Part shown: positions 22,401-34,345 of the stretch, piece after piece
Layout of the letters: each line of letters opens with the position of its first letter
How positions within the stretch are numbered: the stretch's first letter is position 1
Assembly (NCBI GenBank): GCA_036172245.1
Contig: JAYWIR010000001.1
Coordinates: forward strand, 10,292,001-10,356,000
Reading direction: 5' to 3'
DNA from: Raillietiella orientalis
Lineage: Eukaryota
Length of the DNA: 64,000 nucleotides
Position numbers and translations under genes: made by a program
The notes under the pieces: model-generated
Told to the model about the DNA's origin: nothing
The model's database searches: none
The model's input: the letters and a program-made list of their open reading frames with translations, nothing else

Positions 22401-25400
22401 CCACGGCTGAGCGGTGAAAACGAGATGAAGCGCAGAATGTGAAGGATGGGAGACAGGAGAAATCGAGAACAAGTTGCACGGTTTGCTGCCAGCTCCACCA
22501 CGCATTCTGGAAGGCGGGTCGAAAGCTTCCTTGGGGGGTGACTGCACCACCTCTGGGCGAGAGCCTCCCTTCCTTTCCTGCCGTGACAGCCACGAAGAGA
22601 CGCGGGGGCTTCAACACCGAATTCCTGGTCCCTCTGGTCTTCCGCAGATTCAGTGGTTACGCAGTTCTGTGGAAAGTTCCTCAAGGAAAACTTCAAGTGG
22701 AACAAATTCGAAAGTACCAGCTTATGATGCCGGACATTCATTTTCTGCTAAAATGGAGGGACAGTGGAAAGTAAACAGGCGCGAAATTCCCAGTCTGGAC
22801 TTTTGTGGATTTTCCCAAATGCACTGTTGGTTTCCGTTTCCTCATGAGAGGAAGTGGTGAATCCTAGAGGCAAGTCCACAAGAATTTTGCCACAGACTTT
22901 CCGCAGATTCAAATATTTGCATATTCCATGAGAAACAAACCATCTTGGGAATGAGCGTCGGAGAAATTGGAAAGTGTCGCATAGGTGACCATTCTTGCAA
23001 AAGCAAGAAGAATGCCATCAAAGCTCGCGTATCTTTTTTTTGGTTCCAAGGATGAAGTGGCTCAGAGGCTTTTGTGCAAGTTTCGGATCCAGCCGGCATG
23101 CTTTGATGCTCAAAAAGAGACCGGAAATCCCATTGCTCTTTTACTAGATTTCAGTACTGCCTCAGTTGACACACGTTGGCTTTTGTTTGTTTCTCAGAGG
23201 CTGCAATGTAGACAGAAGGGGGTCGACATTTCCTAGTACCCCAGGTTACGACACAAGGTTGAAGAACTACCGGAGCCATGATTTCCCCCTTTCCGCAATG
23301 CTTGGAGATGCATAAATTTACGCAAATGAGTGTAAAGTTCCAAGGACCATGTCAATGGCATTTAAAGATTGGGTTATTAAAACTGAGTTATGACCTTCCT
23401 TCACAAGTTGTTGAATGGTTTGCAAAGAAGAGCTCTTAGACCCCTCTGCTTCGCTTTCCAGCTTCGTTAAATTTTTTTGATGTTTCCTAGGAGTTCACGC
23501 TTGTTCCAGATAGTTGCAACTGATCGAGTCTGTTTTACGTTCCTTTGTAAAGTTCCAAATATCTGTTTTAAATGGTGAACAGAGGGGGTCTCGATTGCAC
23601 TCCCCTCTGCAACTCTGGTCGCTTATGTAGGGAAAGAGTGCTGTACCTGCAAAGTGTTCGCAAAAGACGTGGAAACACACGTCATAATGTGCGTGAAGAC
23701 AGAACATTCATCACTCCGACACTGTCCACGTTGGCACTCACAAAGCACATGAGGTCTTGAGTTTGTTTGTTCCTTCCTCAAGTCCAACACATATCATTCG
23801 GCCGTAACGCACCATAATCTTCAAGGATCCCCTCTTCTGAAACATTGCATTTCAAATCTGATGCACCTGGAATTGCCTACAAGATCTAAATGCCCATCTG
23901 TGAAGCGGAAATTTCGTCACGTGACAAATTTGCACGCCCGCCCACCTCAGTCGGTTAAACCGATGAGGACTTTCTACCAGCAGAGCGTCTCGTTTTCCTG
24001 TCAGCACAGGAACGCGCCCTTTTCTTTTCCTTCGTGCTTCGTTTCCCTGATTTCCCCAAATATTTTAGCGGCCAACAGTTCACCTACGGAAACCTGTATT
24101 GATACTCGCCTGCTTCCAATGATACCATCAGTGCGCCCCGGCACCTCAGATCAACTTCCAGTCATGTTGTCCGCTTCTGTTGATGTCAGCTTGGCTTTCC
24201 TTCATTATCGGTGGCTGCTGGCTTGGATTCGAATGTGCTGGGAGCGGATGAATACCTTTGTACAGTTTACGGTTTCCAATGTACCTTTCAGCTGCCTTGG
24301 AACTTGAGTTGAAACAGTCTTAGCCTTTGGTACGTCTTCGCTGATTGGCGTTGGCGGAATGTGAACTGGACTTCTGGTTTGCTGTGTACAAATACGTTCA
24401 GTCATCTCAGCGTCACGGATCAGTCGCATGGATATTTTTATCACTATTAGTAATAATTAAAGAAGGTTATTTTTTACCCTTGCGTGTGGAGTAAATCCGG
24501 AAGTGATTGGAGGTGGAGATCCCTTCTGACAAACTTTCCTTGCTTTTGAACGTGAACCTCTCGTGCTTGTCTGTGGTGCTCGAAACTTTTAGCAGTGGAA
24601 TTTCTCGTGAGTCCGTACTTGCACATTGCACTTCAGCTTCGAATTCCAGTTTTTGTTGCAGCTCAGATGAAACTGCTTCTGTGTTCTTGTTACCTTTGGT
24701 TAGTGAGTACAGTTTAGATGATGCTCTTCTTGGAAACTTAGACCAACCAATGGATACACTCATTCTCCCGAAATAGCTGCAAGTACTGAGGTGCTTTTGA
24801 CTTCTCGGCCTATTGGCTAAGATCGAAGTGTGTTCTGTTTCCGTGTTTCCATGAATATTCTATGATTACTGCCTTCGGTTTAGTAACTAGCTGCTCCGAC
24901 CTCCCCAAAGTGTTCCGAGTTCCTTTTGCGCTACCATCAATTCACAGATGGACTGCTGCAGATAAGGAATCGGAACCTGCATTTCTTACAACCACTTCGA
25001 AAAAAATTCAAGGACTGTTTCCCTTCAAAAAAAACAAAAACGGATTTCTTTTGATATGCAGCAACGGAAGTTCAGGATGTATTCAGCATCCGGTGGTAGA
25101 TTCTACATTCTTCCTGTTTGTGTTTCCTGTTTTTACACCTCCGTGGAGTCCCCATGCAATTCAACCCTTTAAGCAATTCAGACCCTGCGTTGTTTTTGCA
25201 TCCATCGAGAATTTTCTGGAAGCGAAACTGCGGGCCGCTACCGGCGAATGCAGAGGCCTCCTCTCTTGGAAAGAGAAGTGCACCATCGAGACGGAAGCTG
25301 CAGTGAATGAGCGAAGAACTCCCGGAAAAATTCGTCTCGAGAGGTACCCGATCAGGCATCTTCGTAAAGCAGTATGCTGGCATCTGCAGCTGAAGTCTGG

Positions 25401-28169
25401 GGCCACTTGCTCCGTTTGGAGTTTTCTCAGTCACAAGCTGGACCAGCTCTGATATGGGCCCTCAGAAACGGGCTATTGTTTTTGTAACGGACGGATGCAA
25501 TATCATCACCAAGAAATTTAATCTTTGCAACGCTGAGCTTCCCTGACTAAAGTGCGTTTCCTGAATGCTGCAAGCAGCACTTTACAAAGCAGTAAAGCAG
25601 GGTGCGTTGGTATTCCCATTTGCAAGTGCACTGAAGTAGATTTCGGCAGTCGAAAAAGCACTCTTTGCCGGGGTTGCGTCAAGTGAATCTCTGCTGATTG
25701 TCTTTGGAATCAACAGCCTCTCGGAAAGAGATCCAGCAAATTCTAGGATGGACTGGAACCCGACCACTGCGTACGAAAGGAGCTTTCCGTGGATTCAGCA
25801 ACGCATTGAAGACGCTCAGAAGAGTGCTCCAGATTCGTTCATCAGGAATGGAGCTAGCGTCGAAGATCCGGTGCATCAGGAGAACGTGATGGGAATAGGT
25901 GTTACTGCCCAAAACTAAGGATGCCGAATTTGACTCAGTACCGTTGTTTTCCTCAGAAATCCACAAGAAGCACACTGCCATTCCGAGGTGAAGTTTAGAC
26001 TTCTTTTTGGGGGTAAATTCGACCTTGCATGCAGAAGGCTCCAAGAATCTTCACGAAACCTCGCAGTAAACTTTCCGCAGAAGCTGAAGCCGAACTCTTA
26101 CGAACACGAGAAAGCATCGTAAACATCCGAGACGATTTACAAAATCTTGAACACCCTTTTTCAATGGAGCTAGGAAGCCTTGAAAACCTTATCCCATTTT
26201 ACTCCTTCGGAAGGAAGATCATATTATTTTCGGTGCAACGAAACTGATTGATTAAATAGTGTTTGGTGTGCCATTAAGCTACTTGGGAGGATGTCTTTAA
26301 TGACTCAAGCTGTTTAAATCTAAGTTATGACAACTGCAAACCATTTAATCAACCGAAATTTCTCTAACAGTGCACTTAATAATTAGCAGGGCTCTGAAAC
26401 CTATGAGCCGTAGCCGATAGCTGGAAAATAGAAAAGCCATTGCAATGAAGATTCTGATCTTGAGAGTAAACTCTTCAGCATGGGATAGATTAAGCAACTT
26501 TAAGGGACCAGGGTTAACGATAAGTCCTTCAGTGATATTAAGGGGAAATCATATCATGACGATAATGGAAAGAAGGAATAAATCAAAACTGGCCGTTTTC
26601 AGCGAAACGAGTAGATGGCAGTCACGAGAAGTAGGTTTTCAGTGTTTCTCAACGACACTCGATACATTACATTGGATTAGTGATAGGCGTTCCCTTATGC
26701 AAAGTGAAGCTGAGAAAAGCAAGGAAAAGGATAAACAACACTTCACCGGTGTGACCAGCATGAACATGATGCAAAATGGGATCCTACAAAATGGATAATG
26801 CCAAGGATGCTAAGGATGGAGGTGGACAAACCATTATTTTTTCGGTTCTCAGATTTTAAAAAATAAGGCCATTCGTTAGTCATGTAGCTCAGATTGAAGG
26901 AACAAAGCCTTCATCTGAATTCTGAGATGGGTTCGTATGGCAATCCATTGCCATACCCACTGCAGCACAATCACCTTAGAAATTATTTCTTCATTTGCAA
27001 TTCTCATTCTGGAGCTGCATCACAAAGCAGGACTCTTGAAGATAGGGAAAGATGGAGCAGCCCGTCCGAAAGGTCGAGTCTTGTCTGTCTTGTCAGCAAT
27101 GCTGAAAACGGCCCTCGCTGTGTCGCGTGAAACCCCCACGAAGTCAAAAGCAGCAGACTTCAATTCCTCACTGCAAACTTTGATGCGAGTCTGAAGTGTG
27201 AGCCAAAAAAAACAAAAAAACAAAAACATTGCGAGTCCACTCTATTTACACGATTACAAATGGAGCTGAATTTTACTTTACTCGGATCCTTGTAATTCGA
27301 TCAGACAAGAACGACCAGATCTCCAAAGTGGTCGCGAAAATTCTCAGATCATGCCTGAGAATTCTGGCTATCGAATTCTTGGACACTTAGTACGAGGCTA
27401 ACGAAAGAACAACTCAGGTTCTTCATTAGTGAAAGAAGAGCCAGTTCACCGCCTTGTGAATCATCTTGCTCGACAAATCGCAATGCGGGACCATTAGTGC
27501 GTATCCCCTTATCCCTATTTTCCAGAGTCCGGTGAGTGAAATGAGAAACGATTAACAAGGTCTCCATGTCTAATCTTGCATTGCAAGTAATCGCCGTGGC
27601 AGCTTATTCCAGAGAAAACTCATCATTCTGTCCAGTTATTTTGAGTGATCTCTTTATTCTCTTTAATCTCTTTATTCTCTCAAATTGCTCTCTGCGAAAT
27701 TTATCCATTCTTAGGGACGTGGGGGAGTGAAATCAATCTTTGCTCGTCCACACACATTTACTCTTTTATTTAGTGAATGAGAGGAAAGCACGAAGCATTC
27801 ACTTTTTCATTTCTTCATCTGAAAAGGTTGTCTCCGCAATCATCAGTGTTTCGCCTTTATGACGTCACTCCCCCTTAATGAAACTGTCCGGAGTCTCAGA
27901 AACATTGCCAGTTGTATACCAGAATTTTTCCGTTATCCAGCGACAGACACGGAGTATGCAAAACCGAATTCGCTCAAGGGAGAAAAATCCTGTTGATTTT
28001 TTGCAATCTCAAAACTGAGGGATTCCATGTTTAGTGTGAGGACAGCCTCTCCAAACTCTGTACTGTCAGGAGCATGCGGTAACTGACCAAGGCGGACTAA
28101 CTGTTGCTGATGTGACACACAGAATCAACAAGGAAACTAAGAACAGCTCCGAAAAGGAAGATTTGTGAT

Positions 28170-28760
28170 GAATTTCGCTCCTGTTTTGAAACCCACGTTA
28201 GACATCTGGACTGGAAGGTCACTTGTTTCTTCAGACACTCTAATGTCAAGCCATATTGGAATCAGTTGTTCAGTTTTAAGAACCGGGAGCTTCGGAAGCC
28301 CCGAGAGAATTGTTTCATTTTTGATTTTCCAGAAACTTCAGTTGCTTTTTTCTACTGAAGATTAATAAATCTGCTGGAAGATAGAATTCAGATGTGGGTG
28401 CTGACTTTTCTGACCACGTATTACAAGTTCCTGATTTGATGCGTATCTTCTAGACCTCGAATTGACGTTTGGAGAAGCACCGCAATGGAGTGGCTTACCG
28501 ATGCATCATACTCGCAAGGCATTCATTCTGAAGGGCCGAGAAGTTGGGACTTTGAACTCCCTTGCAGCCCACGCAGCATGACGGAGTTGCATCCGCGTCG
28601 TGCATGGGCACAGAGGGATGCAAGGGAACTCATTACAAGCCTTTGAGATTTCCTGATTGCAAGCAGCAAGCGCCAGTGGAGGAATGGAGGGCTTTGGAAT
28701 GGACTTCATTCAGACTGGGACTGGCAAGGTGGCAAAAGTGGTTTCTTGCCCATTTTTCGA
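28170..28760 (+). mobile_element. Decayed LINE reverse-transcriptase fragment
   Basis: Ordered remnants TGRS, IVSFLIFQK (cf. IFLDFQKAFD), WVLTFLT (cf. WI.SFLT.R), GEAPQWSGL (cf. GVPQGS.L) and later W...W; several stops and frameshifts. Confidence 0.4.
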
Positions 28761-29826
28761 ATCAACGGCCATCCTTCAGATTCGTTCCCTCATACGCTTT
28801 TGTCTCTAATTTCTCCTATGGATGACCCTGCGAAAATTTTGTTCTCAAAGCAGCATTGCTCATTGGCAGCATGGAAAAACGAACAAAAAAAAGCGTGAGC
28901 AAGACCCACCTCTCTCATCTTTTCCACAGTGATGAGCTGAAGGGCGCTAACGAAAGCAATACTGTCTATCAGGAAGTGCTTTTGCAGCCGAATTCGGTCA
29001 GAAAGCCATTTTCGAACCTTTGATCTCGAGGCGTGAGGAACACGCCTTTCCCCCCAGAAGCAAAGCATTGAACTTTCGAGGAAAAAGTTTCCCGATCTTA
29101 CCCGGAATGGATTTCATATGAGAGGTGCCCTTAAGAATCTATTTCGACTCCGTTTTTCAGGTTTTCGTCTCCTGCACCGTTATGGTAATTCCAGGAAATA
29201 GGCTGGATGTTATTTACTTGAAAAGGAGGAGTTTGCTCATGTGCTGTGTGGATGCAGACAGCAGCGCGTGCAGTAGCACACTGCGTGTCAGAATATCTGC
29301 CGTCAGAAAAATAGTCTCAAGTTCGTTCCCATGTGCGAATACGGGAAGCGAAAGGTTACCAGCATCATTGGTGCACGTCTCCATCGCCTGGAAGCTACTG
29401 CTGGCATGTTTCCAGAGACTGGACCCATGTGGGTATTCCAGATTTTAAGTGGAAGCTCTCAGAGTTCACATCTTGGTCGGAAGGCGCATCTGACCTGTCG
29501 CTTCCAGTGGAGCGGAGCACGCTTCCTGGAAATCACTGATCATAGGTTCATGTTGCCGAAGGTGAGCGCGGTTAGTACGCCTGCCTCCCGTTTTCGGTGA
29601 TGGCGTCCTTAACCGATAAACGTGTGACAGTCCTGGTTCGTTTCCGATCGCGACTTCGTATGTACCCCGAAGGCGCGTCGCACGACCGCAGTTCGCGAAC
29701 TGACCTTAAATTTCGGGATTCTAGCAAGAGCGAGTGAGGCACTTGGAGAGTATTGTCCCTTGACTTGTTCATTTTTGAAAGCAGATCACTCTTTCGCTCT
29801 TTTTTTCAATATGTGGATGATTCCAG

Positions 29827-30024
29827 GATTTTTGAATATCAACAGGGATGGAGAAGAAAGCTCACCAACTAATTTCGGCCTCATGGACCAGATTGCTGCA
29901 CTTTATTGGGTTAAAGAGAACATCGAAATTTTCGGTGGAGACGCTGACAATGTGACGATTATGGGCCATGGCACGGGGGCAGCCTGTGTAGACTTCCTAA
30001 TGAAGTCACCGGCAATTATTCCAG
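29827..30024 (+). CDS. Nlg: Neuroligin coding exon 3 (nucleophile-elbow region, GHGTG)
   Basis: TTCCAG acceptor; encodes (G)FLNINRDGEESSPTNFGLMDQIAALYWVKENIEIFGGDADNVTIMGHGTGAACVDFLMKSPAIIP; donor G|GTAATG; phase 1-1. Confidence 0.95.
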
Positions 30025-31849
30025 GTAATGAACGCTCGTTTGCCGTCCATTAAATCACGACATGGACATGGGTGGGTCGTTTCTCGGAAATTTCCAAGGC
30101 TCGTTTCTCGAAAGAGGGCTGACGCTTTTGAGGGTTTGCCCAAAGTGGTGGGGTTACGTGCTAGCTGACAACCAGCGTATGGCTCCAACGATCATCGCGT
30201 GCGTCGCCATTGGTATCACGGTCGAAATGGTCCTCACAGTCGAAGTTTCAGGACATGCAGCTATCATACCTCTTTACCGGATAGTCAGTGATGCACGCTG
30301 TTCAAAACCTCGGAACCTCATTGCGAATGGCGTTCATGGAAAGCAGGTTTCTGTTCCTCAGCTCGTTTCCAATCCATCTTTGTAAAGGTTAAAGAAAGAA
30401 AGCTGCCGCGTGTTTGCAGAGCCCATTTCAAAGTTTGTGGCGTCCAAGACTGCAATCAGTCATTCGCAGACGTGTCTGGAGGAGTGTGTGCTTGCGCCTG
30501 ATAACCTGCACTAGTATGCATCGTTTTCTTTTGCGGGAGTCTGTGTGGCAAAGCCATCGAATTTTATAAGGTCTGCTAAGTAAGCAAACAAAAAGCAAAA
30601 GAGCAGAAAAAAGAATCCTCATCCCAAGTGTATGGCAATCTGTTTTCACTAGCTATTGCTCTGCCGTAACGAAAAATGGGATCACGGCGTGGTTTGGACT
30701 ATCCCGAAAACATTTTGGACTCTTTGCAGTTTAGCCCTGTTCTAAATAATGTGCTCCTACTTTTAAACTTTACGTGTCTTCCGGATTTTTGTTTGCTCAG
30801 TGATGCTCAGTTTGGTTTGATCGCGCAACGAGCTGCGCTTTGTATTGAAAAATATTTTTTTCTCGTGCTCAGCACTTTGGACCCGTTCTCTAGCGTCTCC
30901 GTAAGACCCTCAGGGCACCTTCCTTGTCCAGTGAGACAGAAAAGAGGGGTTTTCACAGGCTGCAATGAGTACTTTTAATTTCGTAGAGGATAGTTACAAA
31001 TAGGGCTGCTGTGCTTAACAGCATTGGAAGCAACAAGCACTGATTGCTGTTCAGTTGGAACGGTAGCTGAGTATAAAATCCTTGGTGACTTGCGTGGGTT
31101 CTCTCCAAAATTCTCTGGAAGAATCGTCGGGTGAAGTACTCTGGATGCAACGCAGCACGAAGTCAGCAGCACCGGCCTTGGAACGGAAAGTTGTTCCCAA
31201 GGGCGACGGCTTCCCACAGGAGCCGGAGACAGCATGCTTCAAATTCGTGACGGCTGTCTCCTCGACCACAGTCGCTGTTCAGCTACCAGCCTTTGGTGAG
31301 ACCCCATCCTGTTTGACTGACGCCAGAAGTTCGCAGAAAGGGAATCGACTCTCTGAGAGAACGAAACAGAATGTGTGCTGACGCCTTCCGCATGAAACAG
31401 TGCTGTAAACATTCCAAAAGATGGAAAGGAATTTTCGCCCAGCTGCCTTCCCATTCCGTGGAATCCTAGGGTGCATGATTTCACGCGTTTCCCTATTGCA
31501 AAAACAAACTACAGAACGTCAGTTGTACTACAGAAGACGTTCGTTTGTACATTTCCTGGTCGATTGTGCTTCCCACGTTCAGCTGTACAAAAATTGGAAA
31601 TCAGCATCTTCATGTCTTGAGTTAACGGCAAGTAAATAGCCTCGAAAGCTCACCGATTCTATCCAGAGGATCTCTGCATCTGCTTTCTCCATGGCCATTC
31701 ATCCGTTTCCAATACTGAAAATATGTGCGGAATCTTTACGTAAATGGGGGGAAGGGAAAAGTAGAGAGGGAAGCCTTCTGGTCACGAGGACATATTTCGC
31801 CGTTTTTATTAGTTGTTTATCAGTCATCTTCGGCTAAAAGGCTTTGGGC

Positions 31850-32350
31850 ACGGCGGCACCGGTGGAATCCAGATGCCGGATGTCCCAGCTGACTGTCCGG
31901 GATAGGAAGTTGACCCTCCGAGGTCCTTCTAGGAATCAAGGAGCCGGTTTCCTTCGAGCTTGGCTCCTTCGGTCGGGAAGATGGACCCATTCCATGGAGC
32001 TGGTTGATGCCCTCCTCGGGTGGTTGCCTTTCCACGGTGTCAGAAGAGCGCTGCTCCCTTTGGGAGCACCCTCCAGAGAAAATTGGGAAGCGTCCCTTAG
32101 GGATTCTCTTCAGAGGTTTAAACTAGGAGCAATTTCCTTGTGGGTTCCCTCCTGAGAAGAAATTTCAGAAGCGGATCCTTTCTGAACTCCCTTTGGAGAA
32201 GAAATGAAGAATGACCCTTTCCGGGGATGCCTCCGGAGAGAATACGGAAGATGTACAATTCGGAGACAACCAGGGCGAAAGTTCCGTTAGAGTTTCTCTA
32301 CTAAGCGTAAGAGGAAAGGACTGCTTCCTCAGGAGCCTTCCAAGGTTCAT
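31850..32350 (+). repeat. Interspersed GC-rich repeat family, copy 1
   Basis: Shares GGCACCGGTGG and AGGAATCAAGGAG with copy 2, AGTTGACC.TCCG.GGT.CTTC with copy 3, and GCGGATCCTTTC and TTCGGAGACAACCAGGG with both. Confidence 0.85.
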
Positions 32351-32600
32351 CTTTGGCTATCTAACTGATAAAGAGCGCAGCAGGGGTGGCGGTGTGACAA
32401 TAGGCAAGTCTTCCCTACCTATGTAACTGCCAGATATCCCCACCCACCATATTGCCTGCTACCCATCATCTTTAGCATCTTTCTGGCTCACTTGGTTCTC
32501 AGTTACTCCTGACTGTAGGGGAAATCCTCCTTGTTTTCCCCTGAATTCAATGGTCATTTCCTCCCGCTGGGAATAACTGGACCTCGCTTGTAGCACAGTC
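32345..32600 (+). mobile_element. Decayed LINE (I-group-like) AP-endonuclease fragment
   Basis: GYLTDKERSRGGGVTI, IIFSIFL, SQL and ILLV/EFNGHFLPLG follow the APE order R..GGV, SIY.PP, LLGDFN.H...WG. Confidence 0.45.
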
Positions 32601-33579
32601 TCGTGGCTAGGTGGTCCCTCCACTGGAGGCGGCCGTGCTACTCAGCAATCGTTCTTCTCTCCATCTGAGCTTCTAGCTCGTGCTTCTGCAAACCCAGTCG
32701 GATGTGCGGGAACAGCCGCCTCCAACAGAATATCCTCACGAAACTGGAGGCTTTATTCCAGGAAAGAGTGCTCTAAAGCATGATCCCGGGTCTTAGCTCC
32801 GTCCGCGTATGCAGCCTGAAGATCTCGTCTTCACCAACGCTGTTCACAGTTGCTTCATGAGGACAGGAAATTAATCGAACCGCTTTCAGTCACGTGCTTC
32901 AAAGCCGGTTTCCTGTTTGCAGGCAGAGGCTTTTCCTTGTGGCGGGAGAGGACACCAGAGGCAATGTTTTTCTTCATCGCTCTCGAGGGAAGTTCCTAAG
33001 CTTTTTTTTTTCCTGTCAAGAGACTGCATCGGTGGGAAGACGAAAGCTCACAATGATAATCTGCTTATTCTGAGCCAACATTCCATCAAGAGATACGTGG
33101 AAGACATATGGAAAAAGAAGAGTCTTATTGTTCAAATGCATCTCCGTCTCCTCCCTGAAAAGGTTCCTGTTTATGTCTCCAAACGTAAACAGGAAGTCAG
33201 TACTTCCTGTTTTCCATTGCAGCAAAGGGTACATGATGATCTCTTCAGACAAAAAGACTCTGGGAAAGCTTGCAAATTTCCAAAACATCCCACACTCTCA
33301 CGAAAGCACTCAAACGCCGATTGTCAGTCAGACAGCATGACAGACCCATACTCGAAGTTTCACCTGCATGAGTTGCTCCTCCAGCGCTCCCGTGCTGTTC
33401 CCGATATCTTCGAAGCAAAGGGCGGGACTTTTTTCCGAGCTGGTTTTTCCGAAACGCCTGGCACTTGCCTGGATCGCGGCATCACGCAACATGACACTCC
33501 TTCAAGAGCGTTTCAAATGCAGTCGCGGGACTTCGGCTTCCCCTTTTTCCCATCGGAAAAATACGTATAACATTCCATC

Positions 33580-34345
33580 CAGACAGGCCTTCCATCACGT
33601 CTTACGAACCCTATCCCAGACCTTTCCGGCCTTCCTCCTCACAGGCTGCTTGGAAGCGCTCCAGCGACTGCATCCTTTTTCGTCACGATCTCAGGCCGGA
33701 AGCGTCGGCGGTGGCTCGTGGAGGTACGAGGTGGGGTGCGCACGACGCCCCACACATGCCAGCGCCAAGCAAAGTGCCACTTTGGCTGCCTCCGCCCGCC
33801 GAACGCACCGGCGCCAAGTTCATCTCTCCCGTGCACTTTCGCTGGCCACCAACCGCAACCTCCATCGCCCGTCAGATGAGTGCAATTTGTGGCATCACCT
33901 CCGCCAGCCCGCTGGATCGCTCGCGCCACCTTCCTCTCTTCGTGCGCTCGGTATCAGAGAGCTCTTTTCACGTCCGTGCTACTGCAGCCGTGCACGGTCC
34001 TTGTGCCAGGCTCACGCCCTCCTTCCGCACACGGAACACGTGAGCATGGCAACCGGATGGCTGCCCCTGGCTCCTGGCGTCCCGTCCACCCGGTGGAGGG
34101 CGAAGTGCTCTTGCTGTCCGACGCTCTTCGCAAAGGTTGCGCGGTCCACGGGAAAATGGGTGAGGGAAGGTCGACTCGGTTTGGCACGAAGGATGGGAGA
34201 TGAAGAAGGTTTTTGCAGTTTGCATTCCGACGTGATGGCGGACGACGGGTGGCTTTGCCTCGGCAAACGGCGCGGCTGCTGAGGGGCGCTTGCGCGATGA
34301 CTTGAGCACGAAGTGGCGAAAAGCGGTGTGGTCTCCGACCACCGA
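33580..34345 (+). mobile_element. Decayed tyrosine recombinase (phage-integrase family) of a DIRS/Ngaro-like element
   Basis: GC-rich. Ordered motifs: LSLAT..LHRPSDECNL (Arg codon 33866), PSS..RALG...PCYC.....LCQAHAL, LPLAP, LHS/RRDG (34223), KWR/SGVVSDH with CAC at 34340, one transition from the catalytic Tyr codon TAC. Confidence 0.5.

Noticed and set aside
26445-26798. TLDTLHWI resembling the L2 ORF2 C-terminus
   Set aside because: Only one weak motif.
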